Source: Casimicrobiaceae bacterium (GTDB lineage Bacteria; Pseudomonadota; Gammaproteobacteria; Burkholderiales; Casimicrobiaceae). Taken from it: 64,000 nucleotides of DNA. Below the pieces are notes generated by a model. That model worked only from the letters and a program-made list of their open reading frames with translations. It had not been told where the DNA came from and ran no database searches. Made by a program: the position numbers and the translations under genes. Where the stretch lies: assembly GCA_044226265.1 (NCBI GenBank), contig JBGAHH010000006.1, positions 6,556-70,555 of the forward strand, read 5' to 3'. Shown here piece after piece: positions 57,642 through 64,000 of this stretch (positions are counted from its first letter, which is position 1; every line of letters starts with the position of its first letter).

Positions 57642-58775
57642 TCAGGCCGGCGCGTCGGTCGCCGCCGCGTCGCCGGCATGCGCCGGGCTCGCCGGGAACC
57701 GCTCGGCCAGCGCGGACAGGAATCCCGCGCAACCCACCCCCGTCAGCGCGCTCAGGCGCACGGTGCGAATCGTACCATACGGGTCGCGCTCGACGCCCGG
57801 CGCGAGGCCCGCCGCGTCGATCTTGTTCAGCACCGTGATCCGGGGCACCTCGTCGGCGCCGATCTCGGCGAGCACGCGCTCGACCGCCTCGGCCTGGCGG
57901 TCGCGGTCGGCGGCCGACGCGTCGACGACGTGGGCGATCAGGTCCGCATCCGCGGCCTCGGTGAGCGTCGCGCGGAACGCGGCGACGAGGTCGTGCGGCA
58001 GGTCGCGGATGAAGCCGACGGTGTCCGAGAGCACGACCGGCTCGGCCCCGGGCACGTGGATGCGTCGGAGCGTCGTGTCGAGCGTCGCGAAGAGCTTGTC
58101 GGCCGCGTAGACCTTCTCGCGCGCGAGCCGGTTGAAGAGCGTCGACTTGCCCGCGTTCGTGTAGCCGACGAGCGCGACGGTGCGCACGCGCGCGCGGCGA
58201 CGGTTGCGGCCCTGGACGCCGCGGCCGACCGCGACCTTCGCGAGCCGGGCCTTCAGCGTCTTGACGCGCTTGCCGATGAGCCGGCGGTCGGTCTCGAGCT
58301 GCGTCTCGCCGGGGCCGCGCAGGCCGATGCCGCCCTTCTGGCGCTCGAGGTGCGTCCAGCCGCCGACGAGCCGCGTCGACAGGTGCGCGAGCTGCGCGAG
58401 CTCGACCTGGAGCTTGCCCTCGGCGCTGCGCGCGCGCTGCGCGAAGATGTCGAGGATCAGGCTCGTCCGGTCGACGACGCGACAGGCAAGCGCCTGCTCG
58501 AGGTTGCGCTGCTGCACGCCCGACAGCGCGTGGTCGAAGATCACGAGGTCGGCCCCGCCGGCGTCGCGGGCGCGCGCGATCTCGTCGACCTTGCCCTTGC
58601 CGGCGTAGAGCGCGGGATCGGGCGCGGGCCGGCGTCCCTCGACGCGGCCGACGACCGTCGCGCCGGCCGACGCCGCGAGCGCGGCGACCTCGCCGAGGTC
58701 GGGCGGGCCGGCGTGCGGCCCGAGCGCGAGCCCGACGATGACGGCGCGCTGACCGCCGTTCGGGCGTTCGAGCAT
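57642..58775 (-). CDS. hflX: GTPase HflX
   Basis: LILDIFAQRARSAEGKLQVELAQL, GPGETQLETDRR, G1 motif GYTNAGKSTLFN. Confidence 0.95.
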   Translation of the reverse strand: MLERPNGGQRAVIVGLALGPHAGPPDLGEVAALAASAGATVVGRVEGRRPAPDPALYAGKGKVDEIARARDAGGADLVIFDHALSGVQQRNLEQALACRVVDRTSLILDIFAQRARSAEGKLQVELAQLAHLSTRLVGGWTHLERQKGGIGLRGPGETQLETDRRLIGKRVKTLKARLAKVAVGRGVQGRNRRRARVRTVALVGYTNAGKSTLFNRLAREKVYAADKLFATLDTTLRRIHVPGAEPVVLSDTVGFIRDLPHDLVAAFRATLTEAADADLIAHVVDASAADRDRQAEAVERVLAEIGADEVPRITVLNKIDAAGLAPGVERDPYGTIRTVRLSALTGVGCAGFLSALAERFPASPAHAGDAAATDAPA

Positions 58776-58821
58776 TCGGTGGCGGCGTCCGGTCCCCGGC
58801 GTGCGGGCGGCCGGCGAAGGG

Positions 58822-59073
58822 TCAGGCGTCCGGCTGCTCGGCGCCGTGGTTGTGGTGCGGCATCGCGACGGGGCGCGACGGCACGACGGTGGAGATCGCG
58901 TGCTTGTACACCATCTGCGTCACCGTGTTCTTGAGCAGCACCACGTACTGGTCGAACGACTCGATCTGGCCCTGGAGCTTGATGCCGTTCACGAGGTAGA
59001 TCGACACCTGGACATGCTCCTTGCGGAGCGTGTTCAGGAACGGGTCTTGTAGCATTTGCCCTTTGTTGCTCAT
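58822..59073 (-). CDS. hfq: RNA chaperone Hfq
   Basis: [43 protein letters not shown] Sm motifs. Confidence 0.97.
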   Translation of the reverse strand: MSNKGQMLQDPFLNTLRKEHVQVSIYLVNGIKLQGQIESFDQYVVLLKNTVTQMVYKHAISTVVPSRPVAMPHHNHGAEQPDA

Positions 59074-59155
59074 TGTCGTTCTCCCTTTGTCGTTCCGCCC
59101 GCCGTCGCGGCGCGCCCCGCCGGGAGCAGGGTCTCCCGGCCACCTGGGCGCCCGA

Positions 59156-60496
59156 TCAACGGCGCGCGGCGTTGCCCGCGTAGGGGTTGACGCCTGTCTT
59201 GAATTGTATCCTAAGCGGCGTGCCCCGCAGTTGGAACGCGTCGGCGAAGAAATGTTCCAGGTAGCGGCGGTAGGCGTCGGGCACCTTCGACAGCGCGGTG
59301 CCGTGGATCACGACGAGCGGCGGGTTGCTGCCGCCCTGGTGGGCGTAACGAAGCTTCGGGCGCACGGTTCCGGTGCGCGGGGGCTGCTGGCGCTCGACCG
59401 CGAGCTGCAGCGTGCGCGTGAGGCGCGGCGTGGGCAGCTTCGCCATCGCCGACGCGTAGGCCGCGTCGACCGCGGCGAGCAGGGCGGGGAGGCCCCGGCT
59501 CTCGCGGGCGGAGAGCGGCAGCTGCGCGGCGAAGTCGAGGAACGCGAGCTTGCGGGAGATCTCGCGCTTGACCTCGTCGCGACGCTCGGGCGTGGCGGCG
59601 TCCCACTTGTTGATGCCGACCACCAGCGCGCGGCCGGCCTCGAGGATGTGGCCCGCGAGGTGCGCATCCTGCTCGGTGATCCCGTCCTCGGCGTCGAGCA
59701 GGAGCACGACGACGTGCGCGTCGTCGATCGCCTGCATCGTCTTGATCACCGAGAACTTCTCGATGGTCTCGACGACCTTGCCGCGCCGCCTCACCCCCGC
59801 GGTGTCGACGAGCGTGTAGCGCTTCCCGCCGCGCTCGAAGTCGAGCGCGATCGAGTCGCGCGTCGTGCCCGGCTCGTCGAACGCGATCACGCGCTCCTCG
59901 CCGAGCAGCGCGTTGACGAGCGTCGACTTGCCGACGTTCGGGCGCCCGACGATCGCGACGCGCACGCGGCCGTCCTCCTCCACCGGGGCTTCCGGCCCGG
60001 CGGGCGGCGCGTGCGCGAGCGCGACGTCGCACAGGTCGCGGATGCCCTCGCCGTGCGCGGCGGAGACCGGCAGCGGCTCGCCCAGCGCGAGCTCGTGGAA
60101 CTCGGCGGCGGCGGTCGCGGTGGGCAGCCCCTCGCTCTTGTTGACCGCCAGCACGACCGGCCGGCCCGACCGGCGCAGGAGGTCGGCGATCCGGCGATCC
60201 TGCGGCACGAGGCCCTCGCGGGCGTCGACGAGGAACACGACGACGTCGGCCTCCGCGATCGCGGCCTCGGCCTGCCGCGCCATCTCGCGCAGGATGCCTT
60301 CCTTCGCGACCGGCTCGAATCCCCCGGTGTCGACGACGTAGAAGTCGCGCTCGCCCATCCTCGCGCGGCCGTAGTGGCGGTCGCGCGTCAGGCCCGGCAC
60401 GTCGTGGACCAGCGCGTCGCGCGTGCGCGTGAGCCGGTTGAACAGCGTCGACTTGCCGACGTTCGGCCGGCCGACGAGCGCGACGATCGGAAGCAT
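59156..60496 (-). CDS. der: Ribosome biogenesis GTPase Der (EngA)
   Basis: Two GTPase domains ([14 protein letters not shown] and [14 protein letters not shown]) plus a KH-like C-terminus. Confidence 0.95.
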   Translation of the reverse strand: MLPIVALVGRPNVGKSTLFNRLTRTRDALVHDVPGLTRDRHYGRARMGERDFYVVDTGGFEPVAKEGILREMARQAEAAIAEADVVVFLVDAREGLVPQDRRIADLLRRSGRPVVLAVNKSEGLPTATAAAEFHELALGEPLPVSAAHGEGIRDLCDVALAHAPPAGPEAPVEEDGRVRVAIVGRPNVGKSTLVNALLGEERVIAFDEPGTTRDSIALDFERGGKRYTLVDTAGVRRRGKVVETIEKFSVIKTMQAIDDAHVVVLLLDAEDGITEQDAHLAGHILEAGRALVVGINKWDAATPERRDEVKREISRKLAFLDFAAQLPLSARESRGLPALLAAVDAAYASAMAKLPTPRLTRTLQLAVERQQPPRTGTVRPKLRYAHQGGSNPPLVVIHGTALSKVPDAYRRYLEHFFADAFQLRGTPLRIQFKTGVNPYAGNAARR

Positions 60497-60527
60497 GGGC
60501 GCTCGCCGCTCCGGGACCGGGCGAGGG

Positions 60528-61706
60528 TCAGCGGACGCGGGCCGCGACGAGCGCGCCCGCGGTCGACTGCCACGCGACGCCGCCCACCATCGGCACCGGC
60601 TGCGACGTCGCCGCGTTGTTGTCGGTGGCGACGCGGCCGACGTAGGCGCCGTTGACCTTCGCGAGCAGGTGCAGCCAGCCCTCGGCGTCGACGACGCCGA
60701 CCTGGTCGCCGATGAGCTGGGGCCCGCCGGGGAATCGCTGCGCGAGCTTGTCCTGCTTCCACACCGACGCCCCGGTCGACCGGTCGAGCGCGTGCACGGC
60801 GCCGGCGTCGTCGGTGACGTAGAGATACTTGTCGTCGAGCGCGACGCCGCCCAGGCTGCCGATGTCGCGCGACCACACGGTGGTCCCGCGCACGAGCTCG
60901 AAGCAGGCGGTGCGGCCCTGGTAGGCGGTGGCGCAAGCGTAGCGGTCGTCGATGGCCGGCAGGCTCGTGACGTCGGCGATGCGCTCGAGCTCCGTCGCGC
61001 CCTTCGGCGTGGCGACCGCCACCTCCCAGCCGACCGCGCCGGTCTTGAGGTCGAGCCCGACCAGGCGCCCCCCCGCGGTGCCGAAGAAGACCGCGCCGCG
61101 CGCGATCACCGCGCCGGCGTTGTTCCGTACCATCAGCGGCGGATTCGCGCGCTGGTAGACCCAGCGCCGCGAGCCGTCCTTCGCCGACAGCGCGTAGAGG
61201 CGGCCGTCGCCGGAGAACACGAGCGCGGTGCCCTCGGCGACCCTGGGAGGCGCGATCACCTCGCTGCCGACCTTCGCCGTCCACGCTTCCTTGCCGTCGG
61301 CGTCGAACGCGAGCACGTCGCCCTTGTCGGTGCCCACGACGACGATCGAGTCGCCCGCGCCGACGCCTGCGGAGAGCGCGCGCCCGGCGCTGATGCGCCA
61401 GATCGACCGGCCGCTCGCCGGATCGAACTTCGCGATCGTGCCGTCGGAGGCCGCCGCGTAGACGGCGTCGGCGGTGACGAGCGGCGCGAACCCGCCCGCG
61501 GCCTTGCCGACCGACGCCTGCCACGCGATCACCGGCGTGACGCTGGGCGAGAGGTCGGGCAGCGGGCCGGGCTTGCGGCTGCTGCCGGTGAGCCAGGTCC
61601 AGTCGGGCGCGGGAATCGTCGGGATGTACGACTGGATCGTCGCGCAGCCGCTCGCGGCGAGCGCGACGCACGCGAGCGCGATCGTGCGCGTCGTGCGCGA
61701 GCTCAT
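60528..61706 (-). CDS. bamB: Outer membrane protein assembly factor BamB
   Basis: Start MSSRTTRT at 61706. Lipobox LAASGC. PQQ-like beta-propeller repeats. Conserved yfgM-bamB-der order. Confidence 0.9.
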   Translation of the reverse strand: MSSRTTRTIALACVALAASGCATIQSYIPTIPAPDWTWLTGSSRKPGPLPDLSPSVTPVIAWQASVGKAAGGFAPLVTADAVYAAASDGTIAKFDPASGRSIWRISAGRALSAGVGAGDSIVVVGTDKGDVLAFDADGKEAWTAKVGSEVIAPPRVAEGTALVFSGDGRLYALSAKDGSRRWVYQRANPPLMVRNNAGAVIARGAVFFGTAGGRLVGLDLKTGAVGWEVAVATPKGATELERIADVTSLPAIDDRYACATAYQGRTACFELVRGTTVWSRDIGSLGGVALDDKYLYVTDDAGAVHALDRSTGASVWKQDKLAQRFPGGPQLIGDQVGVVDAEGWLHLLAKVNGAYVGRVATDNNAATSQPVPMVGGVAWQSTAGALVAARVR

Positions 61707-62464
61707 GGCTTCGCCGCGGGCGCCGGCGAGGGAGACGGCGTCGCGGGCGACGGCTGCGCGCCGGCGGGCGCGGCCGGCAGCTTCGCCATCGCATCGGCGC
61801 CCGTGGCCGCCGCGGCGCCTTCCGGCAGCGCGCCGCCCAGCGCGTCGAGCTTCACCTGCACGAAGTTGCGGTACGGGGTCTTGGGATCGATCTTCGCGAG
61901 CGCGACCTGGTAGGCGGCGCGCGCCTCGCCGGTGCGGCCGGCCGCCGCCAGCGCGTCGCCGCGCAGGTCCGCGTACAGGCCCGCGTACGCGTCGGAGTGC
62001 TTCGCGTCCAGCACCTTGAGCGCCTCGTCGACGTTCTTCTCGTCGAGCAGCGCCTCGGCCAGCCGGTAGCGCGCGACCTGCTTCAGGTCGTCGTCGGACG
62101 AGCGGTCGATGACCCAGTTGAGCTGCGCCTTCGCGCCCGCCTTGTCGCCGGCGTTCCACAGCTGCTTCGCGTAGAGCAGCGCGGCGCGCGGCGCGTAGGC
62201 GGTCCCCGCGTACTTGTCGGCGAGCACGGCCATCGCGTCCTTCGCCTTCGCCGCGTCGCCGGTTCCGCGCGTCGCGCCCGCGACGGCGAGGTAGAGCGAG
62301 CTCGCCTCCTCGGCGCGATTGAGCTGCCACCAGCGCCAGCCCTGGACGCCGACGATCACCGCGGCGACCGCGACGGCGACCCACGAGACGAGCGTTCCCC
62401 AGCGGGCCCACCAGGCCTTGAGGTCCTCGAGGCTTTCCTGTTCTTCGAGATCGTACGCGGCCAT
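61703..62464 (-). CDS. YfgM-family TPR-like membrane protein
   Basis: The stop overlaps the bamB ATG (ATGA). EEQESLEDLKAWWARWG, then a TM and a TPR-like region. Confidence 0.8.
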   Translation of the reverse strand: MAAYDLEEQESLEDLKAWWARWGTLVSWVAVAVAAVIVGVQGWRWWQLNRAEEASSLYLAVAGATRGTGDAAKAKDAMAVLADKYAGTAYAPRAALLYAKQLWNAGDKAGAKAQLNWVIDRSSDDDLKQVARYRLAEALLDEKNVDEALKVLDAKHSDAYAGLYADLRGDALAAAGRTGEARAAYQVALAKIDPKTPYRNFVQVKLDALGGALPEGAAAATGADAMAKLPAAPAGAQPSPATPSPSPAPAAKP

Positions 62465-62477
62465 GCCTCCATCCCCT

Positions 62478-63794
62478 TCATCGCTCCCGGCGCACCTGCG
62501 CCGGGACCAGTGCGTTGACGACGTCGCCCGCGGGCACGGCGCGTTGCTCGCCCGGCTCGCGCAGCGGCTTGATCGATACGGTGCGCGAGCGCGCCTCGTC
62601 CTCGCCGACGATCAGCGCGTAGCGGGCGCCGCTCGCGTCGGCGCGCTTCATCTGCGACTTGAAGCTGCCGCCGCCGGCGTTCACGACGGCGGCGCGGCCC
62701 GCGTCGCGCAGCGCCTCGGCGACGCGCGTCGCGAGCGCTTCCGCGCCTTCGCCGGAGTGCACGACGTACGCGAGCGGCGCGTCCGCGGCCTCGCGCTTCG
62801 CGTCCTGCAGGAGCAGGATCATGCGCTCGACGCCGATCGCGAAGCCGCAGGCCGGCGTCGGCTTGCCGCCCAGCGCCTCGAACAGCCCGTCGTAGCGGCC
62901 GCCGCCGGCGACCGTCCCCTGGGCGCCGAGCCGGGTGGTCACCCACTCGAACACCGTGCGGTTGTAGTAGTCGAGCCCGCGCACGAGCCGCGGGTTCACG
63001 TCGAAAGCGATGCCGGCGTCGCCGAGCGCGCGCTTAAGGCCGTCGAAGTGCGCCCGCGATTCGGCGCCGAGGCCATCGACGAGGCGCGGCGCGTCCGCGA
63101 TCATCGCCTGCATCGACGGCGTCTTGCTGTCGAGGATGCGCAGCGGGTTCGCGTGCAGGCGGCGCTTCGCGCTATCGTCGAGCAGCGAGGCATGGCGCTC
63201 GAAGTGCGCGATCAGCGCGGCGCGGTGCGCCCGTCGCTCCGCGGCGTCGCCGATCGAGTTGACCTCGAGCCGGATGCCGTCGGCGAGGCCGAGGTCGCGC
63301 CACAGCCGCGCGAGCATCGCGATCTGCTCCGCGTCGACGTCGGGGCCGGCGAAGCCCAGCGCCTCGACGTCGAACTGGTGGAACTGGCGGTAGCGGCCCT
63401 TCTGCGGCCGCTCGTGGCGGAACATCGGCCCGGCGAGCCACACGCGCTGCGGGCGCTCGTAGCAGAGGTTGTGCTCGATCGCGGCGCGGACGATGCCCGC
63501 GGTGGCCTCGGGGCGCAGCGTCAGGCTCTCGCCCGACAGCCGGTCGTCGAACGTGTACATCTCGGTCTCGACGACGTCGGTGTGCTCGCCGATGCCGCGC
63601 ACGAACAGCTCGGTCGCCTCCACCATCGGCACGCGCAGGTTGCGATAGCCGTACTGCGAGAACACGCGGCGCACGGCGTCCTCGAGCTCGAGCCACAGCG
63701 CGGCCTCGTCGGGGAGCACGTCGTTCATGCCGCGGACGGCCTGCAGCGGCGCGGGCTTCGCGCGCGTCGTCGGCGTGTCGGACGGGGCGTTCAT
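62478..63794 (-). CDS. hisS: Histidine--tRNA ligase HisS
   Basis: Start chosen at MNAPSD (63794). [11 protein letters not shown], class II motifs ([24 protein letters not shown]), C-terminal anticodon-binding domain. Confidence 0.95.
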   Translation of the reverse strand: MNAPSDTPTTRAKPAPLQAVRGMNDVLPDEAALWLELEDAVRRVFSQYGYRNLRVPMVEATELFVRGIGEHTDVVETEMYTFDDRLSGESLTLRPEATAGIVRAAIEHNLCYERPQRVWLAGPMFRHERPQKGRYRQFHQFDVEALGFAGPDVDAEQIAMLARLWRDLGLADGIRLEVNSIGDAAERRAHRAALIAHFERHASLLDDSAKRRLHANPLRILDSKTPSMQAMIADAPRLVDGLGAESRAHFDGLKRALGDAGIAFDVNPRLVRGLDYYNRTVFEWVTTRLGAQGTVAGGGRYDGLFEALGGKPTPACGFAIGVERMILLLQDAKREAADAPLAYVVHSGEGAEALATRVAEALRDAGRAAVVNAGGGSFKSQMKRADASGARYALIVGEDEARSRTVSIKPLREPGEQRAVPAGDVVNALVPAQVRRER

Positions 63795-63806
63795 GGTTTC
63801 GCGAGG

Positions 63807-63909
63807 GGCGATGAAGGGTGGAGACGGGAGGATGAAGGGGGAGGCGCGTCGTTCGTTCTTCATCGCGCCGGGCCGCAGGCGCGGTGCATCGTCCTTCATC
63901 CTTCCCGTC
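63807..63909. repeat. Interleaved inverted repeats built on GATGAAGG in the rodZ-hisS gap
   Basis: A, GGCGATGAAGG (63807-63817), pairs with A', CTTCATCGCGCC (63858-63869). B, GACGGGAGGATGAAGG (63823-63838), pairs with B', CCTTCATCCTTCCCGTC (63893-63909). Order is A-B-A'-B'. Confidence 0.45.
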
Positions 63910-64000
63910 AGTCGAGCCTGACGCGCGCGACGTTCTGCTTCGTGTAGGGCGCGAGGTCGAGCGGCTTGCCGCGCCAGGTCGCGTCGACGGCCGCGGCGTT
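63908..64000 (-). CDS. rodZ: Cytoskeleton protein RodZ, C-terminal end (5' part outside window)
   Basis: The last 30 codons read [30 protein letters not shown]. This closely parallels the E. coli RodZ C-terminus ...[22 protein letters not shown].... Confidence 0.6.
   Translation of the reverse strand, partial: NAAAVDATWRGKPLDLAPYTKQNVARVRLD

Noticed and set aside
63795-63899. Longer HisS N-terminus starting at ATG 63899 or 63863
   Set aside because: The extension ([35 protein letters not shown]) is the translation of the GATGAAGG repeat region. HisS homologs begin only a few residues before the RGMND motif, so ATG 63794 is already generous.

Overview
High-GC (about 70%) proteobacterial chromosome segment. 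Gene content and order look betaproteobacterial or Burkholderiales-like (Bug/TctC binding protein; rodZ-hisS-yfgM-bamB-der-hfq-hflXKC-hisZ-purA block; cysE-iscRSUA-hscBA-fdx-iscX). All assignments come from reading the ORF translations and DNA by eye; no searches were run.

Layout:
- 1-6.9 kb: partial GMC oxidoreductase, ABC binding protein, relA, DUF202 protein, TctC-like binding protein, exported MsrB.
- 7-11.8 kb: AttFGH-like ABC exporter with a lipocalin/hydratase-like protein and a divergent FxLYD-like gene.
- 12.3-18 kb, minus strand: molybdenum-cofactor genes moaA-fdhD-GFA-mobA / moeA-CHR transporter.
- 18.1-27.5 kb, plus strand: periplasmic Cys-type formate dehydrogenase locus (DUF3305, DUF3306, poly-ferredoxin, TorD-like chaperone, small TAT-target protein, alpha/beta/gamma subunits, two small exported proteins).
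- 27.6-29.4 kb: LysR and MarR regulators, tRNA-Ser(CGA).
- 29.5-38.6 kb: the only clearly accessory stretch.
- 38.7-64 kb: core genes suhB, trmJ, cysE, isc operon, serB, rnr, tRNA-Leu(CAG), purA, hisZ, hflCKX, hfq, der, bamB, yfgM, hisS, and the 3' end of rodZ.

Most interesting region: a same-strand cluster at 29.5-36.2 kb. It encodes a CHASE2-sensor class III nucleotidyl cyclase, an exported FecR/DUF928-like protein, and two tandem Tat-signal caspase-like (peptidase C14) paralogs carrying an uncharacterised C-terminal module. A decayed third copy follows, and a convergent exported S8 protease lies beyond it. I propose this as a candidate uncharacterised envelope protease / cyclic-nucleotide signalling system.

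Other points:
- A REP-like palindrome family sits in several intergenic gaps.
- Twin IscR-type boxes lie upstream of cysE and iscR.
- The CHR transporter has no canonical start codon and is coupled to moeA.
- A local drop to about 47% GC occurs at the 3' end of the TorD-like gene.

No CRISPR array, transposase, integrase or phage genes were recognised. The many long Arg/Ala/Pro-rich alternative-frame ORFs in the track are treated as high-GC artefacts.
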